Origin: a virus
IMG/VR virus record: IMGVR_UViG_3300034283_001913
Location: 18,604-82,603 of that record
DNA: 64,000 nucleotides
Strand: one strand, 5' to 3'
Under the pieces are notes generated by a model. The model was given only the letters and a program-made list of their open reading frames with translations. It was not told where the DNA came from and searched no databases. Positions 34,901 to 46,500 of this stretch are shown piece after piece. The position numbers and the translations under genes are program-made. Each line of letters opens with the position of its first letter. Position 1 is the stretch's first letter.

Positions 34901-37534
34901 AGTCGTATTGCTCAACTTGCTGGAGAACTTAAGCGTCAAAATAAAGCTAAGATTGAAGAAAGCTATAAGAAGTTCTTAGCAGGTATGCATAAGAGCCAGC
35001 TTTTCTCAAAGCTTTATGAGATGGGAGTATTTGTAGATGAAAAAGGTATGGAAGCTATCCTTGAAGAAAAGATACCTTCTGTTTTCTACTACATTGCCGG
35101 CGAAAAAGAAATGGTTCCTTTTGAATCTGATACTTATAAAAAGATCCTTGATCTATTTGAAAAGTATGAAGCTGCACAAGGAGTTCGATTTACAGAGAAG
35201 CCTATACCCGAAGAAGAGATGCGGATGGATGCTCTTATGTTTTCTGGACAAACCCGTAATAAAATCAAAGGTGACGTCAGAACATATGAGGATCTTGCCA
35301 AAGAATATGGCTTTAATCTTGACCCTTCTGTAGAAACTAAAGTTAAAACTAGAGATATTTTACAAAAAATAATCGATAGTAAGTATTCTACTTACCGGGA
35401 AAAAGCTCTTGCTAGACGTCTTTTAGGTATTGTATCTAAGGAGAGTGTAATAACCTTTAAGAAGCTTAGCCTAGGCGGATACTTTCAATATAGTGCTGAT
35501 GGTAAAACAGGAACCTTTATAGATCCTAGATATTTTTCTTCAGACTATAGAGGAGATTCAAAAGCTATTGAAACAGTTTTTCTTCATGAGCTTATCCATG
35601 AGATTACCAGCTTTGAACTAGATAAAAACCCTCAGTTCAAAGCGGCTATTAAAAAGCTTATGGATAGAGCTATCAAAGAGTATGAGACTAATCGTCCTTC
35701 TGATGAAATGGTATATGGTTATGCTGTATCAAAACCTTTCTATGGTCTTAAAAATGAACATGAGTTTCTTGCTGAGATGTTTACAAATCCTAGGTTTGCG
35801 GCATGGCTTGATACAATAGAATACGAAACTACAGGCAAAACTGTTTGGAAAGAGTTTTTGAATATGCTTCAGTATATGCTGTCGCAGATTCTTGGAGTAA
35901 CAAAGGATAATACTCTCCTTAAGGAAGCTCTTAATATTGCTACATCCTACATCGAAACTATCCATGGTCAGAGCGTGGCTCAGCCAGAAAGAGTTGGAGA
36001 AAAGATACGTCCTGGTCGTCGCAGACCGTCTACCGGACCTACAGCAGGAGCTACGCTTAATCCTGGATCAAGTATTGAACAATACAGATCGGCGGGTGTA
36101 TTGCCAGCTCTTGTGCAGTCTTATAGAAATTTTGTTAAAGATCGTACAGGGGCTGATAGCCTTACTGCAGAACAGTGGCCGGATCAAAACGTTGCTTCTA
36201 AAACAGATGACGAGGTAGCAAATAGCCCAGAATTTAGACAGTATCTGCAGATGGGCAGCGGAGAAGTACAAAGGATTCTTAATGAATACAATAGAACAAA
36301 AGTTGCTCCTCAACCGACTCCTGCTCCTACAGCAGCAACATTTACTCCGACTACACCTTATGGTACACCAACAGGGGCTCCTCTTACAACAGCTACCCCT
36401 GCTCCTGCTGTCCCTACCGGTATAGTAGAAGTTACTCCTGAAAAAGAAACTGAGATTATCAATGCTGTTACTGAAGAAGATTACATTGCTTCATCAGAAG
36501 GTATTACAGAAGAGGGTATTCAAAAAGCCAGAGGAGCCGAAAAACAAAGAGCTGTTGCGGATGCTAAAACTGCAGCTAAACATGCTCTTGATTTTATCTC
36601 TGGTAAGATAGATGCTAAAAACTATCTCAATAGATTAGGCTATGATATGGCGTCTCTTACTCCGCAAGACATTACAGATCTCTCGGAAAGAGAGTCTGCA
36701 TACTGGCGTAGTAAACTGGGACCAGTTCCTCAAGCTCAGCCGGTTGCAACTCAAGAAGTTGTAGATGGTGCTGAGGCTGCTGCAGTAGAAGATACTACAC
36801 CTGCTGAATACCAGCAGAAGAAACAGCTTGTTTCAGATCTGGGTTACAACTGGAATCAGGTAAACCGGATGACTAAGTCGGAAGCTCAATATCTTATTGA
36901 TAATGATATTTCTGCTGAACAGCTTGCTGAAAGTAAGCGTATGGCGGAGGAATCCGCTAGAAGAGCCGCTGAAGAACAATCTCAGATGTTGTACCAAGCT
37001 ACCATGCAGGAGCTTGAGCAAATGATTGCTGATGCGGAAAGCAAGTCTGAGTTAGACGCTGCGGAAAGCGCCATCTCTATAGCGATTTACGAAGATGAGA
37101 TAAGTGTAGCAGATGTTTCCAGATTGGAAAGCCTTATTGAACAAAGAAAACAACAGCTAGCCCGAGATATCAAGTATGAGGATATTGAAGAAAACACAAG
37201 CTTGATCATGAAAAATGGATCTAGAGTAGTTGTTGTTAAAAAAGAAAATAATACTTTATATCTTCGTCCTTACGGTCAGCCCGGAGGAAGAGTCTTTACA
37301 GTTAAAGCTGACAAAGTCAAAGAAAAAATCTTATATAAAGACCAACCATTTGTGGAACAATTTGACGTAATCCCTCCAGTAGATCCTGAAAGTCAAGCAG
37401 CCGCTGTACAAGTTATTAATGACGCGGTTGAGCTGAATACTACAGATACTATTACCGAGGATCTTGAGGATGCTCGTACAGCTGTTACAGCTGAGATAGA
37501 AGATGATTTTGATAACTCTTTAGGATGCCAATAA
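31919..37534 (+). CDS. Giant virion cargo protein with zincin-like metallopeptidase domain
   Basis: 1871 aa; HELIH (35585-35599) followed by EFLAE; only Cys seen is the penultimate residue. Confidence 0.65.
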   Translation: MAEPVNPLDAPTSNIQLDVSAGLVDPRSLDITDIKVPDPPRSYPVGVMSTNMIPTQKQVSVSSSQAGAERLRELGRTAGTWANNPTYYSKVKAYNSDYDGANFKKYAALPSVYKKYGFTPFRDNESLYNKESSWLERYSRSLTSSLNLAQSAYTDMLPWNTWRDWNDPNITSAKEMARWHAIGHDSKGGLGSWINNMTVDFGYTGGILAEMASEEIVIWGASTLLAPETAGASWAAAATQAGRNIKKALNLYDKFKDVQKGITTTYDWLKKADKANDFWKFAKTYGGKGISGIGKAILPETFKYGTELAKSPKAFEKALSWAGASKTFGAFYRDARAYTAIVSESKLEGGSTELDVRDSLIDEYYKKNNGKLPGEEDLKRIYEEAGNAGRQAFYWNLPALWISNKIVFDKALRGWKPMSAFREELEKGIKGKLVYDEALRKAGKAAWSVVDDGWKGTWKTLTTGATYRPKNLLNNALGSFVNYSKANITEGLQEVYQDVVQNTMTDYYKDRFHNFYTTGSRSVFGSFYDHMKNIDPGRAVETFSSGYFMGSMAKFPQKLMFDIVPEQFHKWTKPEDYKQWRDSQEKNTKSIVDALNAATENNGFWDAITENTVSQITNQREADMANEANDKRSYYTITDDSVSQHLHTLIRFGKLDLIRDQIKDMKGLDAKGLQEAFGPMEGTDQEVSNEYQSRLDSFLKKADMVEKMFTETEEKYGNPFDPKSYNRKTDPEGYEREYNAWVGWEEAKKAAVKSSYDFFRTTGRMKSVMDELIANKPVAESIASEYMMALNTNTLDVEIESLKGNKAKNEKGLIEVYREGDEESQKKADELQGRLDVLEKYRDAIDEYKKAVEIDKANQTGVVSEEQRSVEKGAKVKQGTKVKNKKGREAVVAKIKKGKAYDENGGLIGKVSSLEILEGEREEDILTSATQNLYDNYREFVKYISRAKGEVAIDAGIDESFMKLKDYYALGVDRESYAAAVDILHNPSKFTEYASRIAQLAGELKRQNKAKIEESYKKFLAGMHKSQLFSKLYEMGVFVDEKGMEAILEEKIPSVFYYIAGEKEMVPFESDTYKKILDLFEKYEAAQGVRFTEKPIPEEEMRMDALMFSGQTRNKIKGDVRTYEDLAKEYGFNLDPSVETKVKTRDILQKIIDSKYSTYREKALARRLLGIVSKESVITFKKLSLGGYFQYSADGKTGTFIDPRYFSSDYRGDSKAIETVFLHELIHEITSFELDKNPQFKAAIKKLMDRAIKEYETNRPSDEMVYGYAVSKPFYGLKNEHEFLAEMFTNPRFAAWLDTIEYETTGKTVWKEFLNMLQYMLSQILGVTKDNTLLKEALNIATSYIETIHGQSVAQPERVGEKIRPGRRRPSTGPTAGATLNPGSSIEQYRSAGVLPALVQSYRNFVKDRTGADSLTAEQWPDQNVASKTDDEVANSPEFRQYLQMGSGEVQRILNEYNRTKVAPQPTPAPTAATFTPTTPYGTPTGAPLTTATPAPAVPTGIVEVTPEKETEIINAVTEEDYIASSEGITEEGIQKARGAEKQRAVADAKTAAKHALDFISGKIDAKNYLNRLGYDMASLTPQDITDLSERESAYWRSKLGPVPQAQPVATQEVVDGAEAAAVEDTTPAEYQQKKQLVSDLGYNWNQVNRMTKSEAQYLIDNDISAEQLAESKRMAEESARRAAEEQSQMLYQATMQELEQMIADAESKSELDAAESAISIAIYEDEISVADVSRLESLIEQRKQQLARDIKYEDIEENTSLIMKNGSRVVVVKKENNTLYLRPYGQPGGRVFTVKADKVKEKILYKDQPFVEQFDVIPPVDPESQAAAVQVINDAVELNTTDTITEDLEDARTAVTAEIEDDFDNSLGCQ

Positions 37535-37535
37535 G

Positions 37536-40500
37536 ATGATTTGCGTATTAACAACAGAACAACAGCGAAAGTTCCGAAAAAAGGTTGCGAAGAACTTACT
37601 AGACATAACAGAGCAAAATACTCCTTTCAGTGTAAAGGAGTATGCTACTTCTGTCTATAACCGTGTCTTAGAGAAGACGCAGAACTCAGATCTTGCTCTT
37701 ACATATGCGGCTCTGGCTCCTCTTTATATTGATCAGATAGCCAGTGCTGACAGAAATGTCAAGATGGCTTTGATGGATAAAAACGTGAGCTTTGATGAAA
37801 TAGCTCGGATGGTAAGAGATTTTGGAAATGAGGAAACAGGTCTGGAAGCTGTTAAAACTACTTTAGGTATAGCAGCTAATATCGTCGGTGATGTTCGTAA
37901 TATGAACGAGAGTTTGCAACAACAGACTCAAGAGCCTCCGGTTCAAGCCCCTCCCGTAACACCATCTGTTTCTGCTAATCAACCGGTACCTGATCCTGAT
38001 TTAAGGACATCTTCTTCTAAGAAACAGTTTAATGCGGCTAAGCCTACTATTATGGCTACAAGAACGCAAGAAGCTATTTCTGATAAAAAGGGTGATCCAA
38101 ACTACAATGTGCCTAATCCTGTTCTTGTTCCTTTCTTTAAAACAATTAGAGATGTTTTAACTAAACTATTTTCTCCGGTTGTAGATAGAGATGCGAATAA
38201 GATAGAGATTGTTCCAGGTATGCCTGGCGTAAAGTTACGCTTGATGCCTATTAATCAGATTGACAGATCTAAAGTCTTAAGTAGAGATCTTCAACCTGCA
38301 GAGGCAAACAAGCCTAGTAACTATGATTCCAATGAGCCTGTACTTGTCCTAACAGATAAATACGGTCAGCCTATTTTTTTTAATGATAACGGTGAGTATG
38401 ATCCAAACGGAACACCTCGTTACTATTATTTCAGACAACTCTATTCTGGAAACTTTGATGCGCAAGGTAATCTGCAACCGTATAGAGCAGTTACACCAGG
38501 TACAGCAGATGATTACAGTCGCATAGATGCTTTAGCTAGACAGAAAAGAATTTCAAAAGAGGAAGCTCGTGCACAGATTATAAAAGATCTTGAGCTTGTT
38601 CAGAAACTTCGTAAAGCTCTTAAGGATAATCCTGATGAGATGCTTCTTATGGATATTACGGGAGGAAGCATGGGTTATGCTGACTGGGACTTTAATACTT
38701 TTACTCGTCTTTCTTCTATTGATTTTGCAGGTGAAAATATCAGATTTGAATCTGCTAAAACAGAAGGAGGCGTGGTTGATTTAGGAAGAGTTGTATTTAC
38801 TACAAAACAGTTACCTGGATTAAAAATTGAGCTAGAGAGACCTGTAATAAAAGACTCTCCCAATATGGTAGATCTTTTGGCAAACCTTATGACTCAAGAT
38901 CTTGTAGAGAAGAATAGTGTTGGAGATACTGTTAAAGTAAGTGTTCAAAAAAGAATCGATTATATCAATCAGTATTTCATGACCAGACAAGAAGGTCTGG
39001 ATGTTTACTCTAATGAAGATGGTTCTTTTACTGTGAAGTTGATGGGTAATGTAATATACCAATCTCTTCCTACTCTTTATAAAAATCAACAAGGAGACTT
39101 TGTCAATAGAGAAGTTGCGCCTACAGCTCAAGAGCTCGCTGAAAACGAGCTCATGGGTCAAACAGCTAGGACTGAAATAAAAAATTATCTTTCTAATCTT
39201 CAGGTTCAAGCTAAACCTTTGGATTCTAATAGTGTTACAGATTTTCAAAAGCGTAAAGCTATTTCTGGTACAAACTTTTATGATCCGCAAACTAGATCTA
39301 AGTTTACAAAACCTGGCGATATTTTTTATAATACAGCTACAGGTCTTTATTACAGTGTACAGTATCCTAAAGGTAACGTCAAAGCCGATTTATTAAATAG
39401 AAATTTCTCTGATCTTTCTATTGCTAGAGAAGGCGATCGTTTCATGGTTAATCAAACAGAAAAACCATATAACGATTACATAAAAGAAAACTTTACCATA
39501 CACTATCCTTTAAACGCTCAGCGCCAGCTCTTCCGTCTTAATGCCTATCTATCATTTGAGCCTACTAGTTCTACGATGGAAAAGATTAATCCGAGAGTTG
39601 AACCTCGTGTAGAAACACCAGTTGCTACATCTACTACTACGGATGCTACTGTGCCTCCTGTACAGACAAGTGCTCTACGAGATGCGATGAATAATCCAGA
39701 ACTTGATAAGGGCATAGATGTAAAGAAAGATGAGTTAAAAGCTACTGAAGCTCAAATCGAGGCTGCCCGTAAGTGGTACGAAAATCATCCTCTTAGTAAA
39801 TACTTTCCTTTTGAGGCCATGTTTACCATGGTTAACTCAAAAAATCGTCGTGCGGTAGCTACATGGTCTATGCAAGGTATTACTTTGTATAGAGGATCTG
39901 ATTACTCAGATCTCTACCACGAAGCATGGCATGGATTTACTCAAGCTTTTCTTTCTCCTGCTCAGAAAAAAGCTTTGTATGCAGAAGCTGGTAAAATGTC
40001 TGGATCCTTTGTAGATTACAAAGGAAACACTGTTAAATTCTCTGATGCTGATGAAAAGCAGCTTGAAGAGTATCTAGCTGAAGATTTTCGTAAGTGGATG
40101 CTCAAAGGTGGAAAAGCAGATATTGCGCAGCCTGTTAAGAAGACTATCTTCCAGAAGATACTTGATTTCTTAAAAGCTTTGTTCGGCGACCTTACTTATG
40201 ACGAAGTTGTAGCAGACTCTAAAGCTCTTCGTACTATTCATACTTTATATGAAAAACTCCGTGTAGGAAATCTTAGCGAATACACATTCTCTGAAGACAA
40301 CGCTACTTTCGGAGTACTAGAAAAAGGTATGATGGCTATCAAAGAAGATGCTTCTGTAAAATCTTTGAGCTATGAAGACTCTAGATATCTTGTAGAGTTG
40401 ACTGATTCTTTGATGTCAGAGTTTGTAGATGAATTTTCTAAGAACAAAAGATCATCAGGAAATATATCATATAAATGGACCAGCACTCTTCTTAAGAAAA

Positions 40501-43500
40501 AAGCAGGTCTCAAACTTGCTTATCAGCATGTTCTAGAAAGATCTATCAATACTAGAAATGCTCTTAAGGCAAAGTTGGATGCTGCTACAGAAGACGTTGT
40601 AAAAAACAGTCTTACCAAACAAGTTCAGCGCCTAGATTGGTTCATTGACAACTTTGGTAATGTTGATAATCTTCTTGAGAACCGTCCTAAAAAAGGAGAG
40701 GATACTCGCAGCGTTATTGCTTATCATATGCTTAAGTCTCAGGTTCTTGAACCTGAAACAAAAGAAGGTTTCTTTGATGAGGATGTTACTAAAGAAGAAG
40801 ATCTTTGGTCTAAAGGAAGAGAAGGATATGATAAGGGAGGTAACGAGCTTTCTCACCAAGAGATGGCGAGTACCGAGATTCTATTCTTAATGCGTAGTCT
40901 ACACAAAGTAGACAAGAACGGTCAGCCGGTATATATGCCTGGCACAGAATATGAGTATGAGGAAAACGGTGTAAAGAAAAAAGCAGGTGTTCCTCAGCTT
41001 GAATCGTTTGACCGGGTATGGAATGCTACAGCAAAGCTTTTGCAAAACACTCTAAACATTGAGACTATGTTTGCTAAGTTAGCTGAATACAGAAAGAACA
41101 ACAAAGATTTCCCTATGGCTCAGCTTATGGATAAGATGGGCCCTGTGGATACAACGGGTACAACAGAATGGCATCTTTGGACAAACTTCTGGCAAACTTT
41201 TAATAAATCTCGTGTACCTCTTGTACAAGCTGGTGTAGAGATTGTTAATGTAAATAAAGAAGGTAAAGCTCTCAATTTTGAAAACTGGAGATACGAGATT
41301 AAGATTGGACAATCTTCTGGTAATATAAAACGGGTTGCTACAGATTGGGAACATTACTTTGCTTCAGCTAAAACTAGGTTTATAAAACCGGATAAAAATG
41401 GTGTAAACTATCTGGACATGGCTGAGGTAATTAAAGCTTACCCTAAAGCGCCTACAGGAGCTAAAGAACAGTTAGCTTTTTTAAGAGATATCGGATTCTT
41501 ACTAGAGGAAGATAATCTTGACATTGAAAATGCTCTTCTTGATGAACAGTTTGATGCAAAACCTTTTTGGTATGTAATTAGTAAGCTTAATAAGAGAAGA
41601 GATAATTCGGGTAAACCCGCTGTAAAGATTACTAGACTTTCTCATCTTAAAGAAAAGTATCCTTCTTTTCAAGGTAAAGATGATAACGGCAGAGATGTTA
41701 CATATCCTGAACTAGAAGGTGAAGGCCAAAACTGGAATAAGATTCTTGAAGCTGAAGCTAAATACTCAGATCTCAGAGGAAACTTCATGGTTACAAATGC
41801 TGAGGGTAATACTCAGTTTGAACATACCTTGAATAACTCTTTGACTATTATGGTCAATGCTGTTAACGATGTATCTACTTATCAAGAGCTTATCAACTTA
41901 CCGTGGATGAGACATCTTGATGTAAAGAGAAACCCGTGGGCTAAGTCTTCTGTATGGCTTAATTCCATATTTGATATGGAGGATCTTGATGGAGAAGGAA
42001 ATATTATAGGAAAGAAAAGATTAGATCCTAAAGGACAACCTGTAAAGTTTGTATTAGAAAATCTTAGCGGTGTTGCTGTAGAAAAAAATGGTGAGTTTGA
42101 AAATGAAAAAGGTATTTCTTCTGCCAAGGCCGATGTAGTTACAAAGCTTTTGATGGACCTACACTTAAGTATATTAAGAGGTTCTCCGGAGCTTATGAGA
42201 CATGCTGATAAGGGAACATCTTTTTCTGTATTTGTAAGTCGTATATACAATCCTAAAGTTTCTACAAAAGCTGGACAACTTGCTACAGCGTATGTTCCTA
42301 CTATTCAGTTGCTCAGAGATCTGAAAAATGATAACAATCAGTCTCTTGGTTATAGTGAAGGAGATGAGAATATGTTTAGCAACTATATGCTTGGTTATAT
42401 CAATGCAGAGCATGCTCGTATAAGACAGCTCCGTAAAATGGCCAAGGACGGTGCAACAGATTTTGACTTTAAGTATCTGACCAACGGTAGAGGATTTGTA
42501 GCTTTTTCTGATGTATTAACTATAGATACTAAGAAAGCTTTGCTTAAACTAGATCAAGACCTAGATACGTATCTTAAGCAGAATACAGAAGACGCAAGAG
42601 CTCTTCGTAATGCGATGAAGACTGATGTGATTCAGTACTTTAACAAAGAGACGGCTCGTGTAATGGATATGTTTAAGAATGCTAGAGGTATCGATGGTAA
42701 GCTTTTGGTCGGTAAAAGCGTCTTGACAAAACTTAGTGGTCAAATCCGAAATGAAAATCTTGGGTCTGATAATCTTAAAACAGGAGCTCAAGAAAATGCC
42801 CTGGTTAAATCTTTCGTAATAAACAGTTGGATTCACAATATGGAATCTGTATCTGTTATCTATGGTGATCCTGCTCTTTATAACATGAAGAAAGAGGAGT
42901 TCCATAAACGTAACGCAGGTGTAGGTTCTACCGGTACAATTTATCGTACAGATTCTTTGGCTATGGACTATGTAAATGGAGTTCTTGGCCGAGGATATCG
43001 TAAAAAGAGATTCCCAGAAAAACAAGAAGACTATCCTTTTGATGGTCGTATGAACACAGCTGTTGTAAGGGATAATGAAATCCGTTCTACATATTTTAGT
43101 CAGTATGCTGATGCTCTTATTAAAGATGAGATGGCTCGTACTAATGTTAGTCGTCAGGAAGCAGAAGCTAAAGTACTTGGAGCGGAAAGAGATAAAGATG
43201 GTAATATTACCAAACTTGGTACTGTATCAGATCCTATTGAAGGAGGCTTGATATATGCGTACCAGAAGATGAATGAAGGAGATGCTCAAGGTTGGATAAC
43301 TTTTGACTCTTATAGAATACTTCTTAACCTAGAAGGTAAGTGGAGTGATCAGCAAGAGGAGATGTACCAGAAGATTATAAATGGTCAAGATATCGATCAT
43401 AGAACACTTACTCAATTCTTCCCTCCTCAAAAGCTGCAGTATTTTGGACCGCTCGATACTGAAGGATTGCCTATTACGGCGTTCCACAAGTTTTCTTTAT

Positions 43501-46500
43501 TTCCTCTTGTACCTACAGTAATCAAAGGTACCAAGCTTGAAGATCTACACGATAAGATGGTCAATGAAAACATTGACTATGCTTTATTCCAATCAGGTTC
43601 TAAAGTAGGTACCATTACTAAGGAGGCTAAGAAGAAAGAAAAAGATGGCTTTACATCTTTTGATCCAGTATATGATAAGCTTTATTCTTCTGATGGAGAT
43701 CGCCAGATTTCTGAAGAAACCTTTACTAAAAACACAATCTTCTTAAATTATCTGAAGAACCAGCTTGAGATTGCACCGGAGTTTAAAGAGAAGGTTACTT
43801 TCTCTACTCAGTTACGAAAGCTTATTGAAGATGGTCTTATTGAAGGAGGAGTGCCTGTAGATTTCCGCAAAGATGTAAAAAATATCAATCAGCGTCGAGC
43901 TCTATGGAAAGCCCTCAGAACAGAAGAAGCTAGAGAAAGAGAATCTCCTAAATACAAGCTTTATAAAAAGTATGAGAGCAATGTTCAGAAGCTTACTGAG
44001 CTTAAGAAGCTAGAGCTTTTGGATGAGATGAACTGGAAGATGGTTAATGGCAAACCAGAAGGTAGCCTGAAAAATCTTTTAGAGTTTGTAAGAAAAGAGA
44101 TGACTCGTCAGGAGATGGCGGATCACGAGATTGATTTTGTAGATCTTGGCTATGGCGGAAATAAGATTAAGCATGACTTTTCAATGTCTCTGTCTGCAGA
44201 GAAGATTGAGAAGATGCTTAACTCTATTGTTACTCGTCGACTGATTAAGCAGAAAGTAAACGGTGAGGCTCTTATTCAAGTATCTGGTGCTGGATTTGAA
44301 ACAGCCTCTTCTACTGGTAGAGATTATACTAATCCTACAGATGAGCAGAGAAAGAGATGGGGTACAAACGATCTTCCTACTTATCATAAAAAAGCTGACG
44401 GTACAACTGCAGCTATGAAAGTAAAAGTTGCAATGCAAGGGCAGTTTAAGAAACTACTTAATCTTCGCGACAAAGAAGGTAATAGAATAGGTACCGTAGA
44501 TAAGCTTAACACTTTGCTTCAAGATGAAGAGTGGTTAAATACAGCGGATCACCGGCGCATGATTACGATGGTCGGTGTGCGTATTCCAGTTCAGGGTCTT
44601 AACTCTATGGAGTTTATGGAGGTGTATGAGTTCTTACCAGAAGAAGCTGGTAATATCATAGTGCCGCCGGCAGAGATTGTTGCTAAATCGGGATCTGACT
44701 TTGACATTGATAAGCTTACAGTGATGATGCCATCATATACTACGGAGATCCAAGAAGACGGATCTCGTAGAATAACTATGGCTAGGCAGCGTACTAAGCA
44801 AGAAGTAGATAAACTCTATGCTCAATATGAAAGATACTATGTAGAAAAAGAAAGAGCTCTTACAGAAGTATCACCTGTTACAGGTTCTCTTGAAGATCTT
44901 GCACCTTTTAATAGTCTTTTATTTAGCATATTTGGAGACACTGCTGAAAATCTGGATGCGGAGCTTGCAGATATTCTTAGAGAAGAAGGTAAGATTTCTT
45001 CTAAAGAAGATTTTGCTCGTAAGCTCAATGGTACAAAAGCCGTTGAGAATGATCTCATCTGGAACATTAAAGAGATCCTTGAGCTTGAAGATAACTTTGC
45101 TGCTCTAATTAAGCCTAACGGTACAGATATTGTTAAGCCTCTTGCAGACGAGCTTGCTTCTAAAGTCACTCAGTATAATCCTAAACAAAGACTTTCGGGA
45201 GAACTTTCAGCAGAGGATGCTGCAGAGCTTGGTGAAATTCCTGGTCAGATTGCTGGAACAAGAATATTTGAAATAGGTTACAACCAGTATAAGCATAGTT
45301 CAAATAACATTGGTAAACAAACTCTTGGTCTGGGTGCCGTAGATAATACTTTCAACAGCATCTTTAACCGAATAGGAGCTTATCTATTACCGGTAGCTAA
45401 AGTCCCTACCAAACGAGGTAGTAAACAAACTTTTGATGTTGTCCAGACTCTTCGTGTTCCTCATAATACTTTAGATATTAATGGTCAGCAGGCTATCTCT
45501 TTGAGTCATATCATGGCTAAAGATGGTAACCGTATTTCTGATGTGATATCCCAGCTTATTAATGGTTGGGTAGACATTGCAAAAGATGCATGGATCTTTA
45601 ACATTCAAGGTAATAAAGAGATTGCACCTATTCTTCTCTTTATGGTTCAGGCCGGTGTACCTTTTAAAACAGCTGTATACCTTGCTTCTCAACCTATTGT
45701 TAGAGAATATGTAGAAGCTCAGCGTAGAGCTAAGAGTACTTTTGGAGACATGATGGGAACAGCTCCAGAAAAAGGAGCAATGATGTTCCGAGTAGAAGCT
45801 CGTTCTAAAATACTTTCTGATGGTCGATTTAACTTCTTAGAGGATCTTAATCTTAATGCTCGGGATGTAAATAAAAAAGCAGTCTTCTACAAGAAGACCG
45901 AAGATTTTCTTGATAGAACTCTTGGCGCAACTAATGAGTTTTCTGAAGCAGATCTTAAAAAAGAAATAGAAGATCATGCAGAAGCTTTAGAAAAAGGAGA
46001 AGAACCTAAATACTCAGATGTACAAAAAGCAGCATTCTTGCACTTTATACAGATTGAGGAAATGGCTACTGCAGTTAGAGATGTCAAGATGAGTATGAAC
46101 TTTGATACCTCTAAGTCTGATAGTTTGTTCGATGCGCAGAACAGAACTTTGATGCTGCAAAAACTTAGAGAAAATGGTCGTTTACCTGAACACCTTGTAG
46201 ATGATATCTTAAAAGAAACCATCATAGGAAGCTTTTATGTGCAGCCTTTCCAATTAGAGATTTGGAAAGATCTCTTCCCTCTTCGTAACAGTAAGGTTCT
46301 AAATGATTGGTTAGCTGAAAAGCTCGCTTCTAATATCGCTGATGATGTTAATGCAACCTTCGGTGATGCTGAAGTTTTTTCTAATGAGTTACGCAACGAC
46401 CTAGTAAACTTTATTTTCCAAAATACTCTCAAGAACTTTAATATAGGTAAGCTTACTCATTACAAAGGGGAAGCTGTAGAGGACATTATGGCTTCTAAGC